A DNA stretch of 64,000 nucleotides, from the NCBI GenBank assembly GCA_045643205.1, contig JAZUKI010000005.1, forward strand, positions 1-64,000. The letters run 5' to 3'. Below, piece after piece: positions 44,401 to 55,452 of this stretch; the first letter of the stretch is position 1; each line of letters opens with the position of its first letter. The notes beneath the pieces were generated by a model, which was given only the letters and a program-made list of their open reading frames with translations, was not told where the DNA came from and did no database searches. This stretch comes from Clostridia bacterium (lineage in GTDB: Bacteria > Bacillota > Clostridia > TANB77 > CAG-508). A program made the position numbers and the translations under genes.

Positions 44401-44523
44401 GTTGGTTAATGAATCCTTCTATTTTCAATACTTTGAAATGATTTTTTATATCGTTTTTAAATATTGTTTTCTAGAACGCAAATTAAAGTAATTTCAATAT
44501 TTTGAAACTACTTTAATCTACAA

Positions 44524-44637
44524 TTAACCTTGTCTTTGTTTGTGTTTTGGATTAGAGCAAATAACTCTAATTACACCTTTTCTTTTTATAACCTTGCATT
44601 TTTCGCACATAGGTTTTACTGATGGTCTAACCTTCAT
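44524..44637 (-). CDS. rpmJ: 50S ribosomal protein L36 (not in the ORF track)
   Basis: Translated by hand: [37 protein letters not shown]; RBS GGAGG. Confidence 0.97.
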   Translation of the reverse strand: MKVRPSVKPMCEKCKVIKRKGVIRVICSNPKHKQRQG

Positions 44638-44683
44638 TCTATTTTCCTCCTAATTTGCTTTTATACTTTAATGCATTATTTAA

Positions 44684-44902
44684 TTATTTATCTCTCCATG
44701 TAATTCTACCTTGAGTTAAATCATATGGTGATAATTCTAATTTTACTTTATCTCCTGGAAGAATTTTAATGTAATTCATTCTTAATTTTCCTGAGATATG
44801 AGCTAAAATTTCATGTCCGTTTTCTAATTTTACTTTAAACGTTGTATTTGGAAGTGCTTCTGAAACAATTCCTTCAACTTCGATTACGTCATCTTTAGAC
44901 AT
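44684..44902 (-). CDS. infA: Translation initiation factor IF-1
   Basis: [18 protein letters not shown]. Confidence 0.99.
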   Translation of the reverse strand: MSKDDVIEVEGIVSEALPNTTFKVKLENGHEILAHISGKLRMNYIKILPGDKVKLELSPYDLTQGRITWRDK

Positions 44903-44981
44903 ATAAATTTTTTCTCCTTTTTAAAAATAATTTTTGTCATGATTTTTATGAGTGTCACGACTAATTAATTTTACAATAATT

Positions 44982-45752
44982 TTAGCTTAAAGTCAATATT
45001 TCAGGCTCATTTTCTGTAATTAAAATTGTATTTTCATAATGGGCTGATAAGCTTTCATCATAAGTCCAAATTGACCAGCCATCATCACCTTGGCATATTT
45101 CTGGTGAACCAGCTACTACCATAGGTTCGATGCATATTGTCATTCCAGGTTCTAGGCGTGTGCCCCTTCCTGGTTTGCCATGGTTTGGTACTCCAGGATC
45201 TTCGTGCATTTCTCTTCCAATGCCGTGTCCTTCAAATTCTCTAATTACGTCAAATCCGTTAGCTCTTACATATTCTTGTACTGCATAACTGATGTCGCCT
45301 ATTCTGTTTCCTTTTTTAGCTACTTTTAAAGCTTCATAAAAAGCTTGTTTTGTAACTTCCATTAACTTTTTAGCTTGTGGTGATACCTCTCCGACTGCAT
45401 AAGTTCTACAGCAATCACCGTTGAATCCATTTTTATAAGTTACAAGGTCAATTGAGATTATATCTCCTTCTCTTAAAACAACTTTATTAGATGGAATTCC
45501 GTGTATTATATTATCATTTATAGATGCGCAGATGGATGCTGGAAAATCAGGTACGCCCTTCATTCCGCTTGGATAACCTTTTTCTGCAGGTATTGCGCCT
45601 AATTCTCTCATTTTTGCTTCAGCAATTTTATCAAGTTCAAGAGTTGTTACTCCTGGTTTTATTGCTTGTTCTATTGCTTTTTGAACTAAGTCTGCAACTC
45701 TGCCAGCTTCACGCATACAATCAATTTCTGATTTAGATTTAATTGTAACCAT
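44982..45752 (-). CDS. map: Methionine aminopeptidase type I
   Basis: HGIP, GHGIG, MHEDP, IEPMV, SAHYENT. Confidence 0.97.
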   Translation of the reverse strand: MVTIKSKSEIDCMREAGRVADLVQKAIEQAIKPGVTTLELDKIAEAKMRELGAIPAEKGYPSGMKGVPDFPASICASINDNIIHGIPSNKVVLREGDIISIDLVTYKNGFNGDCCRTYAVGEVSPQAKKLMEVTKQAFYEALKVAKKGNRIGDISYAVQEYVRANGFDVIREFEGHGIGREMHEDPGVPNHGKPGRGTRLEPGMTICIEPMVVAGSPEICQGDDGWSIWTYDESLSAHYENTILITENEPEILTLS

Positions 45753-45773
45753 TTGCTATCTTCTTTCTAATTT

Positions 45774-45846
45774 TTATTCTTCAATTCTTATATCTATTGA
45801 TTCAATTCTTGTATTTATTCTTCAATTCTTTTATCTATTGATTCAA
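45774..45846. repeat. 32-bp near-perfect duplication of the adk 3' end
   Basis: TTATTCTTCAATTCTT[A/T]TATCTATTGATTCAA at 45774 and 45815. Confidence 0.92.
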
Positions 45847-46480
45847 ATACTTTTCTAGTTGTATCTTCTCTTGTTGTTTCAGAGTATATATCAATATCTA
45901 TTGGTGCTAATAATTGTTTTTCTTTATAATAATTAATTAATTGTTCAGTTTCTTTATGATAAACTTCTAATCTTTTTCTTATTATTTCAGGAACATCATC
46001 GTTTCTTCTAATTAACTCTGAACCGCATACGTCACAAATACCTTCAACTTTTGAAGGCATGAACTTTGTATTGTATGCTGCACGACATGTTTTGTTTGAA
46101 CAAATAACCCTACTTGATGTTCTTATAACAAGATCTTCATCAGGTACATTTAAGTCAATAACTGCTGTTATTTTTTTGTTTTTAGATTTTAAATATTCAT
46201 CTAAAGCATATGCTTGCTCTATTGTTCTTGGAAAACCGTCAAGTACTGCTCCATCTAAATTTTCTAATTGTTTTTCTACTAGTTTTATTGTTATTTCATC
46301 TGGTACTAATTTACCTTGTGAAATATATTTTTCTGCTTCTTTTCCTAGTTCTGTTTGATTTTTTATTTCATCTCTGAAAATGTCTCCTGTAGCTAAGTGA
46401 GTCAAATTGTAGTGTTTGCAAATTTCCATTCCAATTGTTCCTTTGCCACTACCAGGAGCACCAAGCATAATAATATACAT
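45815..46480 (-). CDS. adk: Adenylate kinase
   Basis: GAPGSGKGT, LDGFPRT, Zn-lid cysteines; start at MYIIML. Confidence 0.97.
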   Translation of the reverse strand: MYIIMLGAPGSGKGTIGMEICKHYNLTHLATGDIFRDEIKNQTELGKEAEKYISQGKLVPDEITIKLVEKQLENLDGAVLDGFPRTIEQAYALDEYLKSKNKKITAVIDLNVPDEDLVIRTSSRVICSNKTCRAAYNTKFMPSKVEGICDVCGSELIRRNDDVPEIIRKRLEVYHKETEQLINYYKEKQLLAPIDIDIYSETTREDTTRKVFESIDKRIEE

Positions 46481-46608
46481 ATATGTTCCTTTCACACTAA
46501 TAAAATAGTTTGTATACAAACTATTTTATCATTTGTGTTTTTAAAAAAGATTAAAGGGACGCGTTCTGTAACGAAGAGCATCCCTATGTTAATTTAATAC
46601 TCTTAAAA

Positions 46609-47931
46609 CTATTTATTTAAGAATCCTTTATAATGTCTCATTACTAATAATGATTCTAGTTGTTGCTCTAATTCAATAGCAACACCAACCAAAATTAATA
46701 TTGATGATCCACCAAATGCTGTGTTTAATCCTGTTGCTTTTGCAAACATTGGGATAATAGCTATAACAGCTAAGAATATACCACCGAATAATACTACTTT
46801 AGATAGTACTGATGATAAGTAATCTGATGTTGGTTTTCCTGCTCTGATTCCAGGGATGAAACCACCATTTCTCTTGATGTTTGCTGCAACTTCTAATGGA
46901 TTAAATGTTGCATATGTATAGAAATATGTGAAACCAATAATTAATAATAAATAAATTACTGCATTGATTATTACATAGTTCCAGCCAACACTTGATGAAG
47001 ATGTAGCGATTGATAAATCGTAAACAACTCTCCAAAATCCTTGTGTATTTGCTATTTGAGGATTTACTAGTTCAATAATAAGTGCTGGGAATGTCATGAA
47101 TGATGATGCAAAAATTATTGGCATTACACTTGCCATTGCTGGCTTGATTGGAATGTGTGTATTTTGTGCACCAACCATTTTTCTTCCAACAACTTTCTTT
47201 GAATATTGAACTGGAATTCTTCTTTCAGCTAATTGTACAAATACTACACCTGTTACTAATAATAGAATTCCAAATACGATTAATAATGCGAATATTAATC
47301 CTTTTGTATCGAAAACTCCATCTTTAACAACTAATCCAGCTACTGATGTAATAGCTGTTGGAATGCTTGAAACGATACCAGCAAAGATTAACATTGATGT
47401 TCCGTTTCCAATTCCTCTTGATGTAATTTTGTCTCCAACCCACATAAGTAGTGAAGTTCCGGCTACTAGTGATATAACAACTACTGCCATTGTTTGGAAT
47501 CCTGTTGAAACAAATATACCATTCATTTCATATGAGAAGTAAATTCCTAATCCTTCTACTACTGCTAGTACTAAAGATATTATCTTTGTTAGTCTATCAA
47601 CTTTCTTCTTTCCTTCTTCTCCACCTTCTTTAGTTAATCTCTCTAAAGCAGGTATGATCATTGCTAATAATTGTACAATGATTGATGAAGTAATGTATGG
47701 TGTGATTGACATTGCGAATATTGATAGTCTTGAGAAAGCACCACCGGAAATAATATTGATTAATCCTGTTATTCCTGATGATGATTCACCTAATTGGCTA
47801 ACTGCTTCTAAGTTAACCATAGGTATAGTTATAAAACAACCAATTCTAAATACTATTAATAATAGTAATGTATAGAATAGTTTTTTCCTTATTTCAGGAG
47901 TTTTAAATGCGTTGACTAATGTTTTAAACAA
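46609..47931 (-). CDS. secY: Preprotein translocase SecY
   Basis: Multi-TM; ITPYITSSII, GIGNGTS, FIPGIRAG. Confidence 0.98.
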   Translation of the reverse strand: MFKTLVNAFKTPEIRKKLFYTLLLLIVFRIGCFITIPMVNLEAVSQLGESSSGITGLINIISGGAFSRLSIFAMSITPYITSSIIVQLLAMIIPALERLTKEGGEEGKKKVDRLTKIISLVLAVVEGLGIYFSYEMNGIFVSTGFQTMAVVVISLVAGTSLLMWVGDKITSRGIGNGTSMLIFAGIVSSIPTAITSVAGLVVKDGVFDTKGLIFALLIVFGILLLVTGVVFVQLAERRIPVQYSKKVVGRKMVGAQNTHIPIKPAMASVMPIIFASSFMTFPALIIELVNPQIANTQGFWRVVYDLSIATSSSSVGWNYVIINAVIYLLLIIGFTYFYTYATFNPLEVAANIKRNGGFIPGIRAGKPTSDYLSSVLSKVVLFGGIFLAVIAIIPMFAKATGLNTAFGGSSILILVGVAIELEQQLESLLVMRHYKGFLNK

Positions 47932-48369
47932 TTAAATCACCTCTGTCTTTCCGCCTAAAGCTTCGATTTTTTCTTTAGCTGAATTTGTGAATCTTTTAGC
48001 TTTTACAGTTAATTTTTTATCTAATTTACCAGTAGCAATAACAACGATTCCGTCTTTTGCTTTGCTGATAATTCCATCGTTAATAAGACTATTAACATCT
48101 ACTACATCTGTTGTTGCGTTATTTAACATAGTTAATGTTACTTCATTGTAGTCCTTAGCGAACTTGCTGTTGTTGAATCCTCTCTTAGGTAATCTTCTAT
48201 ATAATGGTGTTTGTCCACCTTCAAATCCACGTCTTACTCCGCCGCCAGCTCTAGCTTTTTGGCCTTTATGACCTCTTCCAGAAGTTTTTCCTAATCCTGA
48301 ACCCATACCACGTCCAACTACAGTTCTCTTTGTTCTTTTAGTTGATGGCTTTAATTCATCTAACTTCAT
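47932..48369 (-). CDS. rplO: 50S ribosomal protein L15
   Basis: [18 protein letters not shown]. Confidence 0.99.
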   Translation of the reverse strand: MKLDELKPSTKRTKRTVVGRGMGSGLGKTSGRGHKGQKARAGGGVRRGFEGGQTPLYRRLPKRGFNNSKFAKDYNEVTLTMLNNATTDVVDVNSLINDGIISKAKDGIVVIATGKLDKKLTVKAKRFTNSAKEKIEALGGKTEVI

Positions 48370-48495
48370 ATTGGGTTACACCTCCTTATGTCATTTTAAT
48401 TTCATACGAAATTATTTTATACAAATAATATTCAATTGTAAATAATGAATAAAATATATTTACGTTATTTTTTTGCAATATAAATTATTGCTAAA

Positions 48496-49005
48496 TTATT
48501 TAACGTCTTCTACTTTTATTCCTCTCTTCTTTGCAACTTGTTCAATTGTTTGCATTGATTTTAAACCGTTTAATGTTGCATAAACACAGTTTCTTGGATT
48601 GTTAGTTCCTAAAACTTTAGTTCTAACATCTTTGTATCCTGCAAGTTCAAGAACTGGTCTAACAGATCCTCCTGTGATTAATCCAGTACCTTCTGCAGCT
48701 GGTTTTAATAGTACTTTTGCACTACCAAATTCTCCAGTATATTCATGTGGAACAGTTGTACCAACGATTGGAACTTCGATTAAATGTTTCTTAGCATCTT
48801 CGATTGCTTTGCTGATTGCTTCAGGAACCTCAGCTGCTTTTCCATTTCCAATTCCAACGTGTCCAGCACCATCACCAACTACGACAACAGCACTGAATCT
48901 AAATGTTCTACCACCTTTAACAACTTTTGCAACTCTATTGATTGCAACGACTTTTTCATTTAGTCCGTCGTCTTTTTCTTCACGTCTATTTTGTCTATCT
49001 GCCAC
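48496..49005 (-). CDS. rpsE: 30S ribosomal protein S5
   Basis: [12 protein letters not shown]. Confidence 0.99.
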   Translation of the reverse strand: MADRQNRREEKDDGLNEKVVAINRVAKVVKGGRTFRFSAVVVVGDGAGHVGIGNGKAAEVPEAISKAIEDAKKHLIEVPIVGTTVPHEYTGEFGSAKVLLKPAAEGTGLITGGSVRPVLELAGYKDVRTKVLGTNNPRNCVYATLNGLKSMQTIEQVAKKRGIKVEDVK

Positions 49006-49024
49006 TTGATTTACCTCCTTCTTC

Positions 49025-49384
49025 TTAGAAATTTAATCCGCCTTCTCTAGCGCTATCAGCTAATGCTTTGATAACACCATGATAAATGTATCCGCCTCTA
49101 TCGAAAACAACATCTGAAATTTTTGCATCTTTTGCTCTCTTTGCTACTAATGCTCCAACTTCTTTAGCTGCTTCTACACTTGCGTGTTTTGTTTTAACTT
49201 CTTTATCTAATGAAGAAGCTGCAACTAATGTTTTTCCGTTAACATCGTCAATGATTTGTGCATAGACTGCAGAATTACTTTTGAAAACGCTTAATCTTGG
49301 GCATTCTGGAGTTCCGCTAATTTTTGTACGAACTCTAGCATGTCTTCTTGTTCTTTCAAGTTTTCTATTTGTCTTTGAAATCAT
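49025..49384 (-). CDS. rplR: 50S ribosomal protein L18
   Basis: PRLSVF, VFDRGGY. Confidence 0.99.
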   Translation of the reverse strand: MISKTNRKLERTRRHARVRTKISGTPECPRLSVFKSNSAVYAQIIDDVNGKTLVAASSLDKEVKTKHASVEAAKEVGALVAKRAKDAKISDVVFDRGGYIYHGVIKALADSAREGGLNF

Positions 49385-49405
49385 TATTTATCTCCTTTCT
49401 AGATA

Positions 49406-49936
49406 TTATTTACCTGTCTTTCCTTCCTTACGTATTAAGTGTTCTTCAGCATATTTAATACCTTTACCCTTATATACTTCAGGTGGTCTCTTTGATCTAA
49501 TAACAGCTGCTGTTTGTCCAACAACTTCTTTATTAATACCTCTTACTATAATTGTGTTTGCATCTGGAACATCAAATGTGATTCCTTCTGGTGCTTCAAC
49601 AATTACTTGGTGAGAATATCCTAAGTTCATAACAAGATTTGTTCCTTGTTTTTGAGCTCTGTAACCTACACCATTAATTTGAAGTGTTCTAGAAAATTCA
49701 TTATTAACACCTTCAACCATATTAGCGATTAAAGTTCTAGTTAATCCATGTAAATTTCCATTAGCTTCATTTTCTATAGAAACGATAATTTCGTTTTCTT
49801 TAACTTCAGCTTTAACTGCTGGATGAATATCTATTTCAAGAGTTCCTTTTGGTCCTTTTGCAGTTAGATGTTGTCCATCAATTGTTATTGTAACACCAGC
49901 AGGAATTGCTATAGGTTTCTTTCCTATTCTTGACAT
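49406..49936 (-). CDS. rplF: 50S ribosomal protein L6
   Basis: MSRIGK, PEVYKGKGI. Confidence 0.99.
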   Translation of the reverse strand: MSRIGKKPIAIPAGVTITIDGQHLTAKGPKGTLEIDIHPAVKAEVKENEIIVSIENEANGNLHGLTRTLIANMVEGVNNEFSRTLQINGVGYRAQKQGTNLVMNLGYSHQVIVEAPEGITFDVPDANTIIVRGINKEVVGQTAAVIRSKRPPEVYKGKGIKYAEEHLIRKEGKTGK

Positions 49937-49961
49937 TTTGGTTTTCCTCCTTCTTTAATAA

Positions 49962-50360
49962 TTACCAAATATAAGCTAGAACTTCTCCTCCTAAGCCTTC
50001 TTTACGTGCTTCTTTGTCTGTTTTAATTCCTTTAGATGTTGAAATTAAAGCAATACCTAAACCGTTAAGAACTTCTGGAAGTTCATCTTTATTTACATAT
50101 ATACGTAATCCTGGTTTTGAAATTCTCTTTAATCCAGAAATTACTTTCTTACCTTTTTCATCATATTTTAATGTGATTCTGATAATTCCTTGTTTTTCAT
50201 CTTTAATCTCTTCAAAAGATTTGATATATCCTTCATCAGCTAAAATTTGAGCGATTGCTTTCTTTATATTTGATGATGGAACGTCAACTGTAGCATGTTT
50301 TGAAGTATTAGCGTTTCTAATTCTTGTTAACATGTCTGCGATTGGGTCAGTTGTATTCAT
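49962..50360 (-). CDS. rpsH: 30S ribosomal protein S8
   Basis: [19 protein letters not shown]. Confidence 0.99.
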   Translation of the reverse strand: MNTTDPIADMLTRIRNANTSKHATVDVPSSNIKKAIAQILADEGYIKSFEEIKDEKQGIIRITLKYDEKGKKVISGLKRISKPGLRIYVNKDELPEVLNGLGIALISTSKGIKTDKEARKEGLGGEVLAYIW

Positions 50361-50396
50361 TTATTTCCCTCCTTCTTTGTCAGATTTAAATATTTA

Positions 50397-50582
50397 TTAC
50401 CAACTTGCCTTTTTCATTCCAGGAATTTCGCCTTGGTGAGCTAGTTTTCTAAAACATTCACGGCAAATTCCATATTTTCTTATATAAGCATGTGGTCTTC
50501 CACAGATTTTGCATCTATTATATTCTCTAGTTGCATATTTTTGTGGTTTTTGTTGTTTAACTTTTAAAGATTTCTTAGCCAT
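50397..50582 (-). CDS. rpsN: 30S ribosomal protein S14 (Zn-binding type Z)
   Basis: CKICGR...CRECFR. Confidence 0.99.
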   Translation of the reverse strand: MAKKSLKVKQQKPQKYATREYNRCKICGRPHAYIRKYGICRECFRKLAHQGEIPGMKKASW

Positions 50583-50606
50583 TCTTGACTCTTTCCTCCT
50601 TCATTA

Positions 50607-51146
50607 TTATTTACTGAAAGGCATTCCAAGAAGAGTTAATAATTCTTTAGCTTCTTCATCAGTTGTTGCTGATGTTACGAAAACTATATCCATTCCTCTA
50701 ACTTTATCTACCTTATCGTATTCAATCTCAGGGAAAATTAATTGTTCTTTAATTCCCATTGAATAATTTCCTCTTCCATCAAATGAATCAGATGAAACTC
50801 CTCTAAAATCTCTAACACGTGGTAATGCTACATTGAATAGTTTGTATGCAAAATCATACATTTTTCCACTTCTTAATGTAACTTTTACTCCTATATCCAT
50901 TCCAGCTCTGATCTTGAAAGCAGCTATAGCTTTCTTTGATTTTGTTACTACTGGTTTTTGTCCTGTAATTTCTGTTAAATCTTTTACACATCCTTCTAAT
51001 GTTTTAGGATTGTCTCTTGTATCTCCTAAACCAACATTAAGGATAATTTTCTCTAATCTTGGAACTTCCATTACTGACTTGTAATTGAATTTCTTCATCA
51101 TTGCTGGAACTATTTCTTTCTCATATTGTTCTTTTAAAATTTCCAT
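50607..51146 (-). CDS. rplE: 50S ribosomal protein L5
   Basis: [22 protein letters not shown]. Confidence 0.99.
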   Translation of the reverse strand: MEILKEQYEKEIVPAMMKKFNYKSVMEVPRLEKIILNVGLGDTRDNPKTLEGCVKDLTEITGQKPVVTKSKKAIAAFKIRAGMDIGVKVTLRSGKMYDFAYKLFNVALPRVRDFRGVSSDSFDGRGNYSMGIKEQLIFPEIEYDKVDKVRGMDIVFVTSATTDEEAKELLTLLGMPFSK

Positions 51147-51182
51147 ATAAGTCTTAATAGACCTCCTTTCGCAATATTAATT

Positions 51183-51488
51183 TTATAATTCAGCTCCGCA
51201 GCTCTTGCAAACTCTAACTTTCTTATCACCATCAACTTTGTAACCAACTTTAACGGCTTTTTTACATTTAGGGCAAACTACTGCAACTTTACTTGAATTG
51301 ATTGGATGTTCTGAAGCTATAATTCCTCCAGTTTCTCCAGCTTTTCTTGGTTTTGTAGCTTTTTTTCTAACATTAACTTCTTTAACTACAACTTTATTTG
51401 ATTTAGGTAAAACAGAAAGAACTTCTCCTGTTGTTCCTTTATCATTTCCAGATAATACTTTAACTGTATCTCCTTTTCTAAGTTTCAT
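51183..51488 (-). CDS. rplX: 50S ribosomal protein L24
   Basis: KGDTVKVLSGNDKG; C-terminal CxxC pairs. Confidence 0.98.
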   Translation of the reverse strand: MKLRKGDTVKVLSGNDKGTTGEVLSVLPKSNKVVVKEVNVRKKATKPRKAGETGGIIASEHPINSSKVAVVCPKCKKAVKVGYKVDGDKKVRVCKSCGAEL

Positions 51489-51506
51489 GTATTTCACCTC
51501 TTTCTT

Positions 51507-51875
51507 TTATAAAACTTCTGGTGCTAGTGATAAGATTTTCATATAATCAAAATCTCTTAATTCTCTTGCAACTGGTCCGAATATACGTGTTCCAGTTGGA
51601 GTTTTATCGTCCTTTATAATAACTGCTGCATTTTCATCAAATCTAACAACTGTTCCGTCTGGTCTTTGAATAGGTTTCTTTGTTCTAACAATAACTGCTT
51701 TAACAACTTGTCCCTTTTTAACTGTTCCATCTGGAATAGCACTCTTTACTGATGCAACTACAACATCACCTACACCTGCAAACTTTCTATATGATCCACC
51801 AAGGCATCTTATAACCATAAGTTCTCTTGCCCCTGTGTTGTCAGCTACTTTTAATCTAGTTTGTTGCTGTACCAT
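51507..51875 (-). CDS. rplN: 50S ribosomal protein L14
   Basis: [17 protein letters not shown]. Confidence 0.99.
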   Translation of the reverse strand: MVQQQTRLKVADNTGARELMVIRCLGGSYRKFAGVGDVVVASVKSAIPDGTVKKGQVVKAVIVRTKKPIQRPDGTVVRFDENAAVIIKDDKTPTGTRIFGPVARELRDFDYMKILSLAPEVL

Positions 51876-51940
51876 AAGTATTTCCTCCTTCTTCTATATT
51901 CTCATGTAAAGTTTTACTCTACAATAAAATTTTTGAATAA

Positions 51941-52201
51941 TTATTTAATAACTGCTTTCTCTGTTATTTTAACAAGTCTATATCTCTTATCTTTTGATAA
52001 AGGTCTTGTTTCCATAACTTCAACAGTGTCTCCAACTTGGCATTCATTGTTTTCGTCATGAGCTTTTAATTTATATGTTGAAGCTTTGATTTTTCCATAT
52101 CTTTTATCCATTTTCTTTGTTTCAACTGCTACAACGATTGTTTTGTCCATGCTGTTAGAAACTACTTTTCCAATCATTATTCTACGAAGATTTCTTTCCA
52201 T
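51941..52201 (-). CDS. rpsQ: 30S ribosomal protein S17
   Basis: MDKTIVV, ETRPLSK. Confidence 0.99.
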   Translation of the reverse strand: MERNLRRIMIGKVVSNSMDKTIVVAVETKKMDKRYGKIKASTYKLKAHDENNECQVGDTVEVMETRPLSKDKRYRLVKITEKAVIK

Positions 52202-52221
52202 TAGGTATTTATCTCCTTTCT

Positions 52222-52425
52222 TTATTTATTAGCCTCTTTTAACTTTCTTTCAGTTAAAACTGTATTTACTCTTGCAATGTCTTTCTTTACTTGAGAAATT
52301 TTCTTAGGATTATCTAAACCGTTTGTAGCTAAGCTAAATCTTAATTTAAATAATTCTGATTTTAAATCTCCTAATTCTTTCTCTAGATCTGGTGAAGACA
52401 TTTCTCTAATCTTATTTATCTTCAT
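52222..52425 (-). CDS. rpmC: 50S ribosomal protein L29
   Basis: ELFKLRF, KKDIAR. Confidence 0.97.
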   Translation of the reverse strand: MKINKIREMSSPDLEKELGDLKSELFKLRFSLATNGLDNPKKISQVKKDIARVNTVLTERKLKEANK

Positions 52426-52849
52426 CTTGATCACCATCCATTTCTTTCTTAACTATTTTTGTTCTAACAGATAGTTTGCTTCCTGCAAGTGTTAATGCTT
52501 TCTTAGCAACTTCGTCTGTACAACCATCGATTTCAAACATTATTCTTCCTGGTTTTACAGGTGCTACCCATCTTTCAACATTACCTTTTCCTTTACCCAT
52601 ACGAGTTCCGATAGGCTTTGCTGTTTCTGGATGATCTGGGAAGATTCTGATCCAGAATTTTGCATCTCTACTTGCTGATCTTGTCATAGCAACACGGGCT
52701 GCTTCGATTTGGTTAGAAGTAATATGACCTAGTTCACATGCTTGTAAACCAAATTTTCCATTAGCAATTACGTTTCCTCTTGTTGCTTTTCCTCTATTTC
52801 TACCTTTTTGTTGTTTTCTGTATTTTGTTTTCTTAGGCATCAATGGCAT
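52412..52849 (-). CDS. rplP: 50S ribosomal protein L16
   Basis: QIEAAR, RMGKGKG. Confidence 0.99.
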   Translation of the reverse strand: MPLMPKKTKYRKQQKGRNRGKATRGNVIANGKFGLQACELGHITSNQIEAARVAMTRSASRDAKFWIRIFPDHPETAKPIGTRMGKGKGNVERWVAPVKPGRIMFEIDGCTDEVAKKALTLAGSKLSVRTKIVKKEMDGDQDEDK

Positions 52850-53519
52850 CGTCATTTCCTCCTTCCATCTTAACTTTTACGTTTCTTTTTTCTGGAAGAA
52901 CTTCGCCTTTATATATCCAAACTTTAACACCAACTTTTCCGTATGTTGTATTTGCTTCTGCAAATCCATAATCAATGTCAGCTCTTAATGTTTGAAGTGG
53001 AATAGAACCTTCTTTATAGAATTCTGTTCTAGCCATATCAGCTCCGCCTAATCTTCCTGAGCATGCTGTTTTAATACCAAAAGCTCCTGCTTTTAATGTT
53101 CTTTGCATGCATTGTTTCATAGCACGTCTGAATGAAATTCTTCTTTCTAGTTGTCCGGCAATATCTTCTGCTACTAATTGAGCATTAAGATCTTTGTCTT
53201 TAACTTCAACAATGTTTAAATTAACATGTTTATCAATCATTTTTTCTAATTCGTTCTTTAATTGTTCAGCTAAGTTTCCGCCTTTTCCAATTACAAGGCC
53301 TGGCTTTGCTGTATAAACGTTTACTTTTACAAACTTAGATGTTCTTTCGATTTCAATTTTAGAAATTCCAGCAGCATATAGTTTTTTCTTAACATAAGTA
53401 CGAATTTTATGGTCTTCTACTAAATATTCGCCATAATTTTTCTTGTTAGCATACCATTTTGAATCCCAGTCATTGATAACTCCGACTCTAAGTCCACGTG
53501 GATCTACTTTTTGTCCCAT
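52833..53519 (-). CDS. rpsC: 30S ribosomal protein S3
   Basis: [16 protein letters not shown]. Confidence 0.99.
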   Translation of the reverse strand: MGQKVDPRGLRVGVINDWDSKWYANKKNYGEYLVEDHKIRTYVKKKLYAAGISKIEIERTSKFVKVNVYTAKPGLVIGKGGNLAEQLKNELEKMIDKHVNLNIVEVKDKDLNAQLVAEDIAGQLERRISFRRAMKQCMQRTLKAGAFGIKTACSGRLGGADMARTEFYKEGSIPLQTLRADIDYGFAEANTTYGKVGVKVWIYKGEVLPEKRNVKVKMEGGNDDAIDA

Positions 53520-53546
53520 AACTTTGTATTTGCCTCCTTCTTATAA

Positions 53547-54167
53547 TTAATCGCGCTCTTTTAATACTATTGTAGTATTACTTGTTCTTTTTCTAATTCT
53601 TACTGCGCTTCCTTTTGCTGCGGCTCTAATTCTCTTTAATGTAGGGCCTTGATTTGAATAAATCTCAGCAATATATAATTTGCTGTGTGTCATGTTGTAA
53701 TTGTTTTCTGCATTTGCAATAGCTGATTTTAATAATTTGTATAATACTTCTGTACCAGCTTTTGGTGTGAATTGTAAAATTGCTAATGCTTCATCAACAT
53801 CTTTTCCTCTAATTAAATCTGCAACGATTTTAACTTTTCTAGATGAAATTCTTGCATATTTAACTGTAGCTTTAGCAGAATCAACTGCTTTAACTTCTTT
53901 ATTTGCTTTCTTAACTGTTGTAGCTTTTTCTGATTTTACTTCAGCTTTAGCTGTTTCAGTTTTTGTTGCAGCTTTTGTTGTTGTTTTCTTTTCTGTAGCT
54001 GCTTTTGTTGTAGCTTTTGTTTCAGTAGCTTTCTTTTCAACTGTTTTCTTTGCAGCTGTTGTTTTCTTTTCAGCTGTTGTTTTAGCTGTTGTTGTTTTCT
54101 TAGCTGTTGTAGATTTTGTAGTTGTTGTTTTCTTTGTTGCTACTTTCTTTTTTTTCTCGTCTGCCAC
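53547..54167 (-). CDS. rplV: 50S ribosomal protein L22 with a long K/T/A-rich N-terminal extension
   Basis: L22 core (RISSRKV, SAIANA, GPTLKR) preceded in frame by ~95 aa. Probable GTG start at 54167 after GGAGG. Confidence 0.95.
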   Translation of the reverse strand: MADEKKKKVATKKTTTTKSTTAKKTTTAKTTAEKKTTAAKKTVEKKATETKATTKAATEKKTTTKAATKTETAKAEVKSEKATTVKKANKEVKAVDSAKATVKYARISSRKVKIVADLIRGKDVDEALAILQFTPKAGTEVLYKLLKSAIANAENNYNMTHSKLYIAEIYSNQGPTLKRIRAAAKGSAVRIRKRTSNTTIVLKERD

Positions 54168-54221
54168 AATAATTTCCTCCTTCATTAATTTTTATATGAA
54201 TTAACTCTTTATATTCATTAA

Positions 54222-54506
54222 TTATTTTGCACTAGCTGATGCTGCTTTTTGTCCGCTATGACCTTTGAAAGTTCTAGTTGGAGCAAATTCTCCTAATTTA
54301 TGTCCAATCATTTCTTCTGTTATATAGATTGGAACATGCTTTCTTCCGTCATGAACAGCAATTGTAAGTCCTACCATTTGTGGATAAATTGTAGAAGCTC
54401 TTGACCATGTCTTAATAACTTCTTTGTTTCCACTTTCGTTCATTGCGTCTACTCTCTTTAATAATTCAGGTGCAATGAATGGTTTCTTTTTACTTGATCT
54501 TGACAT
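54222..54506 (-). CDS. rpsS: 30S ribosomal protein S19
   Basis: [15 protein letters not shown]. Confidence 0.99.
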   Translation of the reverse strand: MSRSSKKKPFIAPELLKRVDAMNESGNKEVIKTWSRASTIYPQMVGLTIAVHDGRKHVPIYITEEMIGHKLGEFAPTRTFKGHSGQKAASASAK

Positions 54507-54525
54507 TTAAATTACTCCTTCCTTA

Positions 54526-55353
54526 TTATTTTCTTCTCTTTGTTATTAATCTGTTAGACTTTTTATGTTTTGCTCTTGTCTTATATCCAAGTGCTGGTTT
54601 ACCCCAAGGTGTCATTGGACCTGCATGTCCTACTGGTGCTTTTCCTTCACCACCACCATGAGGGTGATCGTTAGGGTTCATTGCTGATCCTCTAACCTCA
54701 GGACGTTTTCCTAAATGTCTTGTAGCTCCGGCTTTACCTAATTTAACATTTTCATGTTCTTCATTTCCGATAACACCGATTGTAGCTTTACATGTATCTA
54801 ATACTAATCTCATTTCTCCAGAAGGTAATCTTAAATGTACATATTTTCCTTCTTTAGCCATAAGTTGTGCAGATTGTCCTGCAACTCTAACAAGTTTTGC
54901 TCCTTGATTTGGATTAATTTCAATATTATGAATTAATGTACCAACAGGGATGTTTGCCATCTTCATGCAGTTTCCAACTCTAATGTCAGCTTTTTCTGCA
55001 GAAATAACTTTATCTCCGTTCTTTAATCCTTTAGGTGCTAAGATGTAACTTAATGTTCCATCTTCATATTTTATTAAAGCGATATTTGCTGATCTGTTTG
55101 GATCGTATTCAATTCCGATTACTTCAGCTTTCATATCAACTTTGTTTCTCTTGAAATCAATAATTCTATATTTTTGTCTATTTCCACCACCTTGATGTCT
55201 TACTGTGATTTTACCTTGAGCATTTCTTCCTGATTTTTGTTTCTTTACAGCTAGTAAAGATTTTTCAGGAGTTTTCTTTGTGATTTCAGCAAAATCAGAA
55301 ACAGATTTATTTCTAAGTGTTGGAGTTGTTGGTCTAAATTTTCTTGTTCCCAT
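54526..55353 (-). CDS. rplB: 50S ribosomal protein L2
   Basis: [22 protein letters not shown]. Confidence 0.99.
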   Translation of the reverse strand: MGTRKFRPTTPTLRNKSVSDFAEITKKTPEKSLLAVKKQKSGRNAQGKITVRHQGGGNRQKYRIIDFKRNKVDMKAEVIGIEYDPNRSANIALIKYEDGTLSYILAPKGLKNGDKVISAEKADIRVGNCMKMANIPVGTLIHNIEINPNQGAKLVRVAGQSAQLMAKEGKYVHLRLPSGEMRLVLDTCKATIGVIGNEEHENVKLGKAGATRHLGKRPEVRGSAMNPNDHPHGGGEGKAPVGHAGPMTPWGKPALGYKTRAKHKKSNRLITKRRK

Positions 55354-55452
55354 TTTTATTTCTCCTTATTTTTTTATATAACGTTTTTTCCTGCCGTTAT
55401 TACAGATATTCTTTAATATCCGAGTAATTTCTCGATAGTTGGATTAACTTAA

